This document shows, piece after piece, positions 1 through 12,377 of a stretch of 43,777 nt of DNA. A program made the translations under genes and the position numbers. Position 1 is the stretch's first letter. Each line of letters begins with the position of its first letter. This stretch comes from Octopus bimaculoides (Eukaryota): the NCBI RefSeq assembly GCF_001194135.2, contig NC_069007.1, forward strand, positions 6,204,293 to 6,248,069, read 5' to 3'. The notes beneath the pieces are model-generated. The model saw only the letters and a program-made list of their open reading frames with translations, was not told the DNA's origin and did not search any database.

Positions 1-59
1 TATATATATATATATGTTTCCACACACATGCACATATATATACGCACACACAATTGCAC

Positions 60-417
60 ACACATACACGTACAAATAACCAGAAATACGATATAAGCAA
101 AGATATTCACACATACAGACATGCATGCACTCATATATACAGAAACTCACATGCACACATCTGCATACACATTTACACACACATACACACACATATATAT
201 GCTTACACACACGCACACATACAAATGTATCCTCATACACACAGAAAAATAGAAACACAGACACACATATGCACACATCTGCATACACATTCACACATAC
301 ATTCATACACACACATATACGCATATTTATACACACAGAAAAAGCATACACACAAACACACACATACATACACACATCCAAACATAGACACAAATACATA
401 CATCGATGCAATCATGT

Positions 418-450
<33 letters not shown>

Positions 451-711
451 TGCTCAGTCAAATACATGCACACATGCACACACGCACTCACAAACATGCA
501 CAGTCAGACATATACACATATGCAAATGCTTACACACACGCACACATACACATGTATCCTCATACACACAGAAACATAGAAACACAAATGCACATATGCA
601 CACATCTGCATACACATTCACACATACACACACATATACACGTACACACAAACACACACATGCATACACACATCCAAACATAGACACAGATACATACATC
701 CACGCAACCAT

Positions 712-745
<34 letters not shown>
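60..745. repeat. Degenerate CA-rich compound minisatellite containing an internal ~300-325 bp duplication
   Basis: The block ATGTATCCTCATACACACAGAAA..ATAGAAACACA..ATATGCACACATCTGCATACACATTCACACATAC occurs at ~225-300 and ~552-625. CATCCAAACATAGACACA occurs at ~374 and ~671. Confidence 0.85.
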
Positions 746-1023
746 CTAGTGCCAACCAACCAATTTAGTGACAATATCCAGGGATAAACCAACCAATCAA
801 ATAATTCCTCGTTTGATTTCATTTACGAATTTCAATTAATTACTCAATCACCGTAACAAGACACATGTCACTGGAATTGGTGAGGCAGAATGAGGAAATT
901 GATCAAAGTAGATATGTTGGACCTCCAAATTGCAGAATTCTGTGACAACTCCTGATATATAATGAATACTTCAATAATTTTAATGGTTGCTATGCCGTAA
1001 TATCATGTTGACTAATAACGACC

Positions 1024-1065
<42 letters not shown>

Positions 1066-1117
1066 ATTTTATGTACATGCTTACAACATTTACATACACA
1101 AATATACATATATATAG

Positions 1118-1526
1118 TCTTTTACTCTTTTACTTGTTTCAGTCATTTGAATGCGGCCATGCTGGAGCACCGCCTTTAGTCGAGCAAATTGACCCCAGGA
1201 CTTATTCTTTGTAAGTCTAGTACTTATTCTATCAGTCTCTTTTGCCGAACCACTAAGTTATGGGGAAGTAAACACACCAGCATCGGATTTAAAGCGATGT
1301 TTGGGAGACAAACACAGACACACAAACATACACACACATATATATATATATACATATATATGACGGGCTTCTTTCAGTTTCCGTCTACCAAATCCACTCA
1401 CAAGGCTTTGGTCAGCCCAACGCTATAGTAGAAGACAATTGCCCAAGTTGCCACGCAGTGGGACTGAACCCGGAACCATGTGGTTGGTGAGCAAGCTACT
1501 TACCACACAGCCACTCCTACGCCTAT
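1118..1526 (-). mobile_element. tRNA-derived SINE, family A (~400 bp, internal CA/TA microsatellite), full length
   Basis: On the minus strand it has an A-box TGGCTGTGTGG and B-box GGTTCAGTCCC. The 3' end is ..AAATGACTGAAACAAGTAAAAGAGTAAAAGA. It is near-identical to copies at 22498, 34212 and 38403. Confidence 0.9.
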
Positions 1527-1597
1527 ATATACAAATACATACATATATATAAGTATACACACACACATACATACATTCATACATGCATATAGATATA

Positions 1598-1839
1598 TTC
1601 TTTTATTTGTTTTGGCCATTGGACTGCGGCCATGCTGGAGCACTGCATTGAAGGGTTTTAGTCAAACAAATCAAAATTTGCCCCAGGACTTTTTTTTTAA
1701 AGCTTGGTACTTAATTGATCAGCCACTTTTGCTAAACCACTAAGTCACAGAAATGTAAACACACCAACACCGATTGTCAAGCAGTGGTGGGGGGAACAGA
1801 TACAAACACACACACACCTTGATATATACATTTATATAT

Positions 1840-1908
<69 letters not shown>

Positions 1909-2082
1909 TATATATATATATATGTGACGGGCTTTTTTCAGTTTCTGTCTACCAAATCCACTCACAAGGCTTTGGTTGGCCTGGAGCTATAGTAGGAGAT
2001 ACTTGTCAAAGGTGTCATGCAGTGGAACTGAACCAGGAACCATGTGGTTGGGAGAAGCTTCTTACTACACAGCCACACCTAT
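1598..2082 (-). mobile_element. SINE family A, diverged copy with expanded (CA)n
   Basis: Colinear with 1118-1526. Confidence 0.85.
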
Positions 2083-2487
2083 ATATAGGTAAGAGGAATT
2101 TACAATTCCAGGCAAATACCTTGTAAGCACTCTGTTGCTGTCCAAACTCGGCTAACTATCTACAGTGACAGGAATCAATAAGATGTGAATGGAGTTTACA
2201 TGCACATCCAAAGCTGTATTCCTAGTTAGATTTGTAAATTCAAAGTTTGGTTAATAGAATTACAAAACAATGTTAGAGTGTGTTACAAAGACATTACCTA
2301 GAATGAAGAAATACACATCTTTAATATGAGATTAAACCATGCAAAAAGCCAGCATGCATCCCATTGAGTTATCATATCCCAAAATGCTTACATAGCAGAA
2401 ACACGTGTTGGCTTTTTTGTATGCTGTAACCCTGTATTAAAGATGCGTTATTCTGCATTCTACTTAATGTGTTCATACATATATATA

Positions 2488-2873
2488 TATGGGAGAGTGT
2501 ACGAAAAAAAAAAACAACAACAGACGAGGACAGGTGGTGTAAACAACAAAAGGATGTATTAGTTTGACGCTCGGGAATACAGAAAGTCTTTAACGTTTCG
2601 AGCTACGTTCTTCAACAGAAAGAATATGGAGAAAACAGGCAGAAAAACACGGAGAAAAAAAAATTGAATAGTCCTTGGTCAACGATCTATCATGGCTATA
2701 TGTTCAATGCTTTCAGATGTAGCCATTTTCTTAGACATACGTTTTTCTGGTTTAAATAAATTATAAATTTCAGTATGATCGGGTATTATAATATAACATT
2801 AGGTTTAAAAGACAGGATAATTTATCACTAATAATAAAATTGTATATTTGTAATTATTTACTAAAGTTTCTAG
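2488..2873 (-). mobile_element. Penelope-like element terminal (pLTR-like) relic
   Basis: It contains a minimal hammerhead motif (rc of ACGTTTCG...CTTCAACAG). The segment GGGAGA.T.TACGAAAAAAA..CAACAGAC.A.GACAGGTGGTGTAAACAACAAA.GGATGTATTAGT recurs at 25477-25543. The extent toward the gap is uncertain. Confidence 0.55.
2587..2623 (-). ncRNA. Minimal type I hammerhead ribozyme motif (PLE type)
   Basis: Minus strand reads UCUUU-CUGUUGA-A-GAAC(GUA)GCUC-GAAACGU-U-AAAGA. Stem I is 5 bp, stem II is 3 of 4 bp, and stem III is the palindrome ACGU. Confidence 0.55.
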
Positions 2874-3079
2874 NNNNNNNNNNNNNNNNNNNNNNNNNNN
2901 NNNNNNNNNNNNNNNNNNNNNNNNNNNNNNNNNNNNNNNNNNNNNNNNNNNNNNNNNNNNNNNNNNNNNNNNNNNNNNNNNNNNNNNNNNNNNNNNNNNN
3001 NNNNNNNNNNNNNNNNNNNNNNNNNNNNNNNNNNNNNNNNNNNNNNNNNNNNNNNNNNNNNNNNNNNNNNNNNNNNNNN
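2874..3079. other. Assembly gap
   Basis: N run. Confidence 1.
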
Positions 3080-3206
3080 GTGTAAGGTAATTTACTTATT
3101 TAACTTGAATTGAGAGTTGAATTTAACCTTATACAGAAACGTTGACATAGGTAATAAACTTTAATATAAGTGGATATTAGCGTCAAAACTCTTATTTAAA
3201 TTTTTG

Positions 3207-3252
<46 letters not shown>

Positions 3253-3783
3253 TTCTTCTGAACTTTGAGAGAGTTCAAAGTGGCCACTTACAACGTGACA
3301 AGGCTTTTTGAGTCCCGAGAGTTTCCAGTGTTTGTAAATATGTGATTGAGTTGGTGTGCTGGTTGAACAGTCGATGCCATACATGGAAATGTGTGGACCT
3401 ATTCATATAAGAATCTCAGATGGAAATCTTTGCAATGTCTTACAAATTTCCACGGTGCTGCTGTTAATAGATTGGATTTGGAAAATCCACATCAGTTTCT
3501 TTTACTCCTTCTTCATAAGACCTAGTATTTCAAGGTTTTTATGTAAATTTGTAGGTACATAGCTTAATATACTTATGAGGATAGTTACATATGAGATTTT
3601 ATAGTCAGAGTAGGAGAGCTACAAGTCTTCACCATAAATGTTCCCTTTTTCCTGGACATTTGATTGTATTCTCACATCTACTGGGCAGATGACCTCTACA
3701 TTAGTGCATGACTTTTGTTCTCTGTCCCATAAAACAATATGTATGCATGTATTTGTGTGTGTATGTACGTGTGTGTGTATATG

Positions 3784-3817
<34 letters not shown>

Positions 3818-4784
3818 TGCATGCATGTATGTATGTATGTATGGATGGATGGATGGATGGATGGAATGTAATATACATGAATATTTATTTAAAGGTATTT
3901 TCAGGAAGTCTTATATAGCATTTTGTTTTTATGAAATAGAGGTCTTATCTGGTATAAATTAATTCTTTGAAATGGCTACATACTGTTAAAAGGGCAGATA
4001 TGAATGTTGTTACAATTACACAAAGAAGTTGTTTTTTTTCCATGTTTGTATTAGAAAAGTTTCTTCTATTTATGCCAGCTATGGAATCAGTAAAATTTTT
4101 GTTGCAACTGTAGCTTATCTTAACATTATTATATTAAATACCTTATAACATCTACAGTGTATCAGGAGAATACACATAAATAAGGCTTAGGAATATCCTG
4201 GCATTTGGAATGAATATTTAATCTCTGAACGTGCAAAATTTAAAACAGCAGATATTAGAATTGGTACAATTACTCTGGGTAGAAGAATTTTATTTATTCT
4301 TCATTTTAAGGTTCATTGTAAGGATTATTATATTTAGGTTCAGTGCAAGGATTTTCCTAAACTTTATGATTAATGTAGCATTTCTTAAATTCTCTTGATC
4401 ACATCAATATGATGTTCAGTTATAATCTTGTTATTGGAATTTCAAATCACCTCACCTCTAAATCAGTAAATCATTTTATCAATTATCATAAAAGGAAATA
4501 AATATCTCTTTTGAACATTATTGATTATGTTATTTCCCTTTCCATTGTATCTGGATTTAATATGATGTCCTTGATGTTGGATGGACAACAGAAGTCAACC
4601 TAAATATCATTTATGTTAAATTACTTCTTAATATCTATGGACTATAGAAAAATATTTGCATATAAAAGCCAAAATATTTGGATTTGTTAGATTTAATGTT
4701 TTGCAAAGAAATCTAGGTCAGAAGCAAAGATAATGTTTTGCCAACTCCTTTTGCAAATTTTTCATTCACAGCTGTTTTTGTTTT

Positions 4785-5164
4785 TGTTGTTGTTGTTGGC
4801 ACTCCGTCGCTTACAATGTCAAGGGTTCCAGTTGATCTAATCAATGGAACAGCCTGCTCGTGAAATTAATGTGCAAGTGGCTGAGCAGACACGTGTACCC
4901 TTAACATAGTTCTCGGGGATATTCAGCCTGACACAGTGTGACAAGGCTGACCCTTTAAATTACAGGCACAACAGAAATAGGAAGTAAGAGTGAGAGAAAG
5001 TTGTGGTGAAAGAGTACAGCAGGGTTCATCACCATCCCCTGCCGGAGCCTCGTGGAGCTTTAGGTGTTTTCGCTCAATAAACACAACGCCCGGTCTGGGA
5101 ATCGAAACCGCGATCCTATGACCGCGTATCCGCTGCCCTAACCACTGCACCATTGCACCTCCAC
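4785..5164 (-). mobile_element. tRNA-derived SINE, family B (~385 bp, (CAA)n tail)
   Basis: Minus head GTGGAGGTGCAATGG..CAGTGGTTAGGGCAGCGGA...GGTTTCGATTCCC with A and B boxes, and tail GGAGTGCCAACAACAAC. Homologous to 8026, 27566 and 33290. Confidence 0.9.
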
Positions 5165-5692
5165 TCATTCCCAGTTAGACATATAATATCTGTCAAACCG
5201 GTTTTATTCAACACATAATTATAAGAATAACAACAATGAGATTGAAGACCAAAAATGGTTAATGGGCGTATATGCCATATTTCAGGAGTTTTGCTCCTTC
5301 ATCAACACCCAACCAACCCCATTCACCATTCACAAACACATTGTTGAAATAAACTTCTAAATATCGTGGTGTGATGTTATTGAATATATCAATTTTACAT
5401 ATTAAACATATATAAAATGGAGATATCCAATAACGTTGCATCTCTATATTTGGTATCGATTTGAGCAATGAGTTCATGGATGTTTAAGGGGTTAAGGGGT
5501 TAGATGGGTGCTGATAAAGAAGCCTAGATATAAGAACCATTGTATCAAGATTTTATTTATCTGCATCAGAAATGTGCTCACTTTTATTATTTAACAAATT
5601 TTTTTTAATAATTTGGAGTAACTAATTAGAATTTCTATTAATATACATAAGTTTTTCATTAGATTAAGTGCAGCATTTCATTGTTTCTAACT

Positions 5693-5896
5693 TTAACCCT
5701 TTAGCATTCAGATTACTCTGTAAAACATAATGCTTATTTATTCAAATTAGTCTGAATTAATTATGAATTATCTCATAGCTTTGAGATTTCAATGATGTGA
5801 TTGTATATTTTTAGACTGACATATATGGCTGATTTGAACATAAAATGTGTTGAATATTTGGGTTAGACATGGCTGATTCAAATACTACAGGGTTAA
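5693..5896. mobile_element. piggyBac-type MITE
   Basis: TTAA|CCCT ... AGGG|TTAA. TTAA duplication with imperfect TIRs (CCCTTTTAGCATTCAG versus rc CCCTGTAGTATTTGAA). Confidence 0.7.
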
Positions 5897-6098
5897 GACT
5901 ATGTCTAAAAAATTTGACAATGCTTCTGTTAGTAGGCACTGCAATTTTAAGATCAAATTCCTTGAAAGTTTGAAATGATTCTTTTTCTTTAGTTATCATT
6001 TATGTGAATGTTGGAATGGTGCAACAGAACTGACTTGTCATTTCTCTACGTAGCTCTAACTCTTGTTTTAAATTTTAGCCTTGGGAGTGTTTAACATA

Positions 6099-6349
6099 TC
6101 TTTTATCTTTTACTTGCTTCAGTCATCAGACTGTGGCCATGCTGGGGCACCACCCCAAAGAATTTTAGTCAAATGAATTGATCCCAGAACTTATTAAATT
6201 TTATAAAGCCTGGTACTTATTCTATCAGTCTCTTTTACTGAACTGCTAAATTATAGGGTTATAAAAAACACCAACACTGGTTGTCAAGCTGCAGTGGAGA
6301 ACAAACACACACACACACACGCACGCACACCACACTCACACACACGCAT

Positions 6350-6386
<37 letters not shown>

Positions 6387-6594
6387 TGCACACCACACTC
6401 TCACACACACACACACACACATACATATACAAAGGGCTTCTTTCAGTTTCTGTCAACCAAATCCACTCACAAGGCTTTGGTCAACCCATGGCTATGATTG
6501 AAGACACTTGCCCAAAGTGCCACACAGTGGGACTGAACCTGGAACCATGTGGTTGGGAGTCAAGATTCTTACCAGACTGTCACACCTGCACCTA
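6099..6594 (-). mobile_element. SINE family A, diverged
   Basis: Colinear with the 1118-1526 copy. Confidence 0.85.
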
Positions 6595-6983
6595 CATGAA
6601 GATAATTTATTCCACAACATTGTTTTTCTCAAAGAATTATGATTCTTCTTTTATTAAACATTACTTTCTGATAATGATGGTACTTTATTTCATTATACTT
6701 TGCCTACCATTATCATATACAAGTACTGTACTTCTTTAAAATTTTTGAAGTTATGGCAAAGTGGGGTTCTCAGATTGACAAAGAAAACATAAACTACAGC
6801 TGATTTTGTTATTAATGCTTTTTAATTAACTAATTAACTAATTCTTGATAATTAATCCAGTCTCTATCTTAGTATGATTTATTCATCTACATTTTGGATT
6901 ATAAATAAAGTTGTTTTTATGATCTTTGAAGGTGAAGTAAGGCTTACGCTTACCTAGACTTCCTGATCTGTTATCTCACTCAT

Positions 6984-7105
6984 GTAACTTAGCAGTTTGG
7001 CAAAAGAAAGCAATGTAATAAATACCAGGTTTTAAAGATAAGTTCTGGGATTGAATGAATTTGATCAGCTACCCCTTCGAGGCAGTGTTTCAGTATGGTT
7101 GCCTC
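6984..7105 (+). mobile_element. SINE family A 3' fragment
   Basis: GTAACTTAGCAGTTTGGCAAAAGA.. matches the family A 3' half. Confidence 0.6.
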
Positions 7106-7379
7106 TATAGCAACATGCACAATATATCTGGTCTGGTTTATATATGGATTAACACCACTGTACACTCACAGCAATTTAGGGGGGTTTTTTCTTCTTATTT
7201 ACAAATGTAGGAAATCTTGAATGTTGGGAATAGCTGAGCAAACAGTTTAGAGGACTGTATAAAATACCCTTATAGACAGAATAAGAGACCAAATAGTCAC
7301 TGTGCCCTAGGACTCATGAGGTAGGTTACCTAGTCTCCATACAGTATAAGTGGCCAAAATCACATTTCCATTGAATGAA

Positions 7380-7590
7380 ACAGTGGTTCAAGGGTAGGAA
7401 TTATGAGGGCAGGGGACAAGTTGATTACAGTGACCCCAATACTAGACTGGTGCTTTATTTTATCAAACCCAAAAAGATGAAAGATAAAATTGACTTTCAC
7501 TGGATTTGAAACCAGAACATAAAGATCCAGAAGAAATGCTGTCAAACAGTTTGTCTGATGTGCTAACAATTCTCCCAGCTTACCACCTTT
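7380..7590 (-). mobile_element. tRNA-derived SINE, family C (~210-270 bp)
   Basis: Homologous to 7743, 8437, 19857 and 26960-28138. Confidence 0.75.
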
Positions 7591-7742
7591 GATATTCCAA
7601 TCATATTAAATGAATTAATTTATCTTATATTAGATCAATTTATGCCTTTAAAGATTACAGATTGATGGCTTTTAAGATTTTGGTCATAAAATTACAGTAT
7701 CTGATTACAAGATCATTACCAATTTATTTTTGAAAGTAATAT

Positions 7743-7956
7743 TGGTTTCAAAGTTTGGCATAAGGCCAGGAATTTTGGAGGAGGAATAAGTCAATTACAT
7801 TGACATCAGTGCTCGACTGGTACTTCATTTATTGACCCCCAAAAACATGAAGGACAAACTTGACCTTAGTGTAATTTGAACTCAGAACATAAAAACAGAT
7901 GAAACACCACTAAGTGTTTTGCTCAGCATGCTAATGATTCTGCCAGCTTACTGCCC
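7743..7956 (-). mobile_element. SINE family C
   Basis: TTTGGCATAAGGCCAGG...CTGGTACTTCATTTATTGACCCC...ATTTGAACTCAGAAC (rc of B-box GAGTTCAAAT). Confidence 0.8.
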
Positions 7957-8025
7957 CACCCCCTTTTTTTTTTAATAATATCAAATGAAAGGATGAGTAA
8001 ATACTATCTTTCCTATGTCAATCCA

Positions 8026-8413
8026 GTGGAGGTGCAATGGCCCAGTGGTTAGGGCAGCGGACTCGCGGTCATAGGATCGCAGTTTCGATTCCCAGACCGG
8101 GCGTTGTGAGTGTTTATTGAGCGAAAACACCTAAAAGCTCCACGAGGCTCCTGCAGGGGATGGTGGTGAACCCTGCTGTACTCTTCCACCACAACTTTGT
8201 CTCACTCTTACTTCCTGTGTCTGTTGTGCCTGTAATTCAAAGGGTCAGCCTTGTCACACTGTGTCACGCTGAATATCCCTGAGAACTACATTAAGGGTAC
8301 ACGTGTGTGTGGAGTGCTCAGCCACTTGCACATTAATTTCACGAGCAGGCTGTTCAGTTGATCGGATCGACTGGAACCCTCGATGTTGTAAGCGACGGAG
8401 TGCCAACGAACCA
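8026..8413 (+). mobile_element. SINE family B, full length
   Basis: A-box TGGCCCAGTGG, B-box GTTTCGATTCC, 3' end GGAGTGCCAAC. Confidence 0.9.
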
Positions 8414-8436
8414 TGTCAATCCAATGAATAGCTTGT

Positions 8437-8650
8437 GCTTTGAAATTTTGGCACAAGGCCAGCAATTGTGAGGGAGGGTGCAAGTCGATTACATCGACCC
8501 AAGTGCTTGACTGGTACTTATTTTATCGACCCTGGAAAGATGAAAGACAGCATCAAACCTGGTCGCTTTTGGGCTTAGAACGTGAAATCAGAAGAAATGC
8601 CACTCAGCATTTTTTCCAGCACAGTAACGATTCTACCAGCTCACTGCTCT
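8437..8650 (-). mobile_element. SINE family C
   Basis: TTTTGGCACAAGGCCAGC...CTGGTACTTATTTTATCGACCC..GAAAGATGAAAG. Confidence 0.85.
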
Positions 8651-8879
8651 TTAATTTGGGTATATTAATAGCAATTTTAATCAGTCCTTGACATCATCAT
8701 CGTCATTGTCATTGTTGTTGTCATCAACATTGTCATGATTATCAAGCTACACTTTTCATTTTTTGCTTGAGTCAGACAGAAATTTCTCCAGCTGGATGCC
8801 CGTGCTGTCACCAACCTGCAACTGCTTCCAAACAAGGTAATATTTCCTTCGCTATGGTCAGACACGTTTTTCATGGAAG

Positions 8880-9198
8880 ACATCAAGGTAAGAATACACA
8901 CAGGCAGACACATGCACAAACATGTACACACATACGGACACATATATACACACATGTACACACATATTGACATATATACACACACACACACACAGATACA
9001 TGTATGCATATATGTATATATGTGTATATATATTTATATATATATATATATACACACACACACATATATATATACATGTATATATATATACATTCATATA
9101 TCTGTATATCTAAATATCTATAAACAAAATAGGAAAATAGAAATTTTTTGGTATTATTTATTCTCCATTATATATATATAAATATATACATATGTATG

Positions 9199-9260
<62 letters not shown>

Positions 9261-9404
9261 CATATGTATATATTTATATATAGACATATGTACACATATA
9301 CACATACACACACAATCATACACATATGTATACATATATATATACATATATATATATATTCATTTATATATAGACACACACACACATACTCACAAACACA
9401 TACA
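8880..9404. repeat. (CA)/(TA)-rich microsatellite block
   Basis: Visible dinucleotide runs. Confidence 0.95.
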
Positions 9405-9562
9405 ACAGGTTTCTTTCAGTTTCCATCTACCAAGTTCAAGTCACAAAACCTTCGTTAGCCCAGTGCTATAGTAAAAGACACTGTCGAAGGTGCCATGAAG
9501 TAGAAGTGAAACCAAGACCACATGGTTGGGAAGCAAGCTTCTTAAACACACAGCCACACCTG
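9405..9562 (-). mobile_element. SINE family A, 5' half
   Basis: TTTCTTTCAGTTTCCATCTACC...CACAGCCACACCTG. Confidence 0.8.
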
Positions 9563-9986
9563 ACAAGATTTAGAAATTATTATCAAGTATAACAATCAGC
9601 CAGTATGAAAATATTCTTCATGTTATCATCCCGAAAACATTTTACATTAAAAAAAAATAACCTATAGCTCATTTTAATATTGTATTAGGGAAAAGTTGAT
9701 TTACATAAAACTTAATTTAGATCATGCCTCTAAGATATTCTTCTTAAAAGAAAGAAAAGCTGAAGTCTTACTTGGTGTAATCCCCCTTTCTTGCTAAAAG
9801 CTAAATTTAATATAGCCAAAATATTTTTAGCCGAAACGTCTTAACTGTGTTGTTTTAATTTCAGAGTAGCCACCAGGCTTTTTCCTCATTTCTTTTTCTT
9901 TTCTATTTTCCTCATTGTTTTCTGAAATATTTGGCTATATTTGCAGAAAATGACATGAATTTAACTATCCATATATTTTCATACAG

Positions 9987-10023
<37 letters not shown>

Positions 10024-10344
10024 GGTAACCATTTGAATATATATATATACATATATATAAATATATATATATGCAAGTGTAATTGTATGGCTGAGAATTT
10101 ATCACATAGATGTAGCTTCTAGGTAGCAGCATCGCCAACAGCTGCAATGGAGTGTATATCCACTGAGAGCTTTTTGGTGCATCCCAAAATCACATACCCC
10201 TCACCCACTTTTCCATGACAAGGTTAAGGTCTGAAATCATCCAGACAGATGCATGACATGTCATTTGAATTAGCCCTTCATTTACTCCACAAATGTTTTG
10301 TCGTCAATGCTGCACTTACCCATATCACATGTACCATTTATACA

Positions 10345-10378
10345 AACTATGCCAAGCAACGCCAGGTATGTCTGCTAG
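10345..10378 (+). mobile_element. Helitron-like 3' terminus
   Basis: GCCAAGCAACGCCAGGTATGTCTGCTAG|T: a decayed subterminal hairpin followed by CTAG and then T. Similar to 12818-12846. Confidence 0.5.
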
Positions 10379-10613
10379 TAAATATATAAATATATATATA
10401 TACCTATATATATACATAAATATATAGGGATTGACAGTAACCTGCTTCTCCAACATACTGAGAATTCAGAAATAGCAGCCAAAGAACTACTGATTCCAAA
10501 ACTACAAATTATTACTCTAAATTGATAGCGATATTTTTGTTTTTTTTTTTGTTCTGTGTGTATCAAAAATATCGCTATCAATTTAGAGTAATAATTTGTA
10601 GTTTTGGAATCAG

Positions 10614-11417
10614 NNNNNNNNNNNNNNNNNNNNNNNNNNNNNNNNNNNNNNNNNNNNNNNNNNNNNNNNNNNNNNNNNNNNNNNNNNNNNNNNNNNNNNN
10701 NNNNNNNNNNNNNNNNNNNNNNNNNNNNNNNNNNNNNNNNNNNNNNNNNNNNNNNNNNNNNNNNNNNNNNNNNNNNNNNNNNNNNNNNNNNNNNNNNNNN
10801 NNNNNNNNNNNNNNNNNNNNNNNNNNNNNNNNNNNNNNNNNNNNNNNNNNNNNNNNNNNNNNNNNNNNNNNNNNNNNNNNNNNNNNNNNNNNNNNNNNNN
10901 NNNNNNNNNNNNNNNNNNNNNNNNNNNNNNNNNNNNNNNNNNNNNNNNNNNNNNNNNNNNNNNNNNNNNNNNNNNNNNNNNNNNNNNNNNNNNNNNNNNN
11001 NNNNNNNNNNNNNNNNNNNNNNNNNNNNNNNNNNNNNNNNNNNNNNNNNNNNNNNNNNNNNNNNNNNNNNNNNNNNNNNNNNNNNNNNNNNNNNNNNNNN
11101 NNNNNNNNNNNNNNNNNNNNNNNNNNNNNNNNNNNNNNNNNNNNNNNNNNNNNNNNNNNNNNNNNNNNNNNNNNNNNNNNNNNNNNNNNNNNNNNNNNNN
11201 NNNNNNNNNNNNNNNNNNNNNNNNNNNNNNNNNNNNNNNNNNNNNNNNNNNNNNNNNNNNNNNNNNNNNNNNNNNNNNNNNNNNNNNNNNNNNNNNNNNN
11301 NNNNNNNNNNNNNNNNNNNNNNNNNNNNNNNNNNNNNNNNNNNNNNNNNNNNNNNNNNNNNNNNNNNNNNNNNNNNNNNNNNNNNNNNNNNNNNNNNNNN
11401 NNNNNNNNNNNNNNNNN
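10614..11417. other. Assembly gap
   Basis: N run. Confidence 1.
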
Positions 11418-11920
11418 ATATATATATATATATATACACACACACATAACTTTAGATAACATAACAGTAGATATGCATACGTATAGAAATGTATTTAGGA
11501 ATTTGCTGTATTTCCCCGTTTGTCATTCCTTCTTTTGTTGCTGTCTTCCAAATATTTGCTACACATTCCCACGGGCATAGAACGTGAATGGAAACAACCT
11601 CATTTAATAGATAATGATGTGATCACCTCATTAGATGTTCAAAACCACATTGACTGTTTAGTTAATGTCTGATAAAGGATGAATTTTATGATTCTATTTT
11701 TTTTTTTGTCCTTTGTATATCACTTTGTTTACACTGCACCATCATGTTCTGTTATGTCTAATTGTTATTAATTATCTTTCCCATCTTTTCATATGAACTC
11801 TTGTCAAAAGAAGCTCCATGTTTCCATCTTCCTATAGATATATATTGTGTTCTAACCCTGTTCTCTATATTTTATCGGTTCATGTCTAACTTCATCCTTT
11901 TATTATATTCTAGATCACAT

Positions 11921-12310
11921 GGGCTGAGAGCTAACAGAATAATTAGCCTAGCAGACAAAATGCTTAGTGGCAATTCATGCATATTTATGAAGGGGTGCTG
12001 AAAAGTTCCTGGCTTTAAGAATATCATGAAATGCCTGGTCAGAGGCCCATCCATCTGAGTTCTTTCACAGGGCTTAGAAAAACTGAAGGACCACTGTAAT
12101 AAGTGTGTGAATTTGAGATGAGAATATGTTGTATAAAACCATAATTAACTGACCCACCACTATTTTTTTTTTTTACCCAAGGTCAGAGACTTTTCAACAC
12201 CCACTCATACATTCTGAGTTCAAATGCTGCCAAGGTAGACTTTGCCTTTCCCACTTTCAGATTCAATGAAGCAAGTACCAGTTGACCACTGGCAGAGATG
12301 TGATTGACTC
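11921..12310 (+). mobile_element. SINE family C split by a mariner-type MITE
   Basis: 5' part ..CAAAATGCTTAGTGGCAATTC.. resumes as CATTCTGAGTTCAAAT..GACTTTGCCTTTC after the insert. Confidence 0.7.
11986..12209. mobile_element. Mariner-like non-autonomous element (MITE)
   Basis: TIRs TATGAAGGGGTGCTGAAAAGTTCCTGG versus rc TATGAGTGGGTGTTGAAAAGTCTCTGA, with TA ends. An inverted homologue lies at 41357-41568. Confidence 0.75.
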
Positions 12311-12377
12311 GCCCCATCCACAGAAACAATTTCTGGCCTTATGCTTATTGTATGCAAGATTATTTCTATGATCACCT

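Noticed and set aside
3464-3521. Possible minus-strand terminal exon SYEEGVKETDVDFPNPIY* ending in an NPxY motif
   Set aside because: It has a weak acceptor, only 18 codons and no supported upstream exons; it is compatible with chance
54-9471. Long His/Thr, Cys/Val and Tyr/Ile ORFs in the track (also at 13150-13563, 30249-31531, 35322-36794 and 41362-42811)
   Set aside because: They are translations of CA/TG/TA microsatellites or read through N gaps
9785-9845. GCTAAA..TTTAGC-CGAAACGTC, resembling the 3' half of a PLE hammerhead (similar remnants at ~33200-33250 and ~41065-41105 on the minus strand)
   Set aside because: The CUGANGA core and/or stem I are not preserved; at most these are dead remnants
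10197-10369. Two small minus-strand exon candidates (TYLALLGIVCINGTCDM / DLNLVMEKWVR) with good donors
   Set aside because: There is no recognisable protein, and the region overlaps a Helitron-like end with equally good splice signals on the opposite strand
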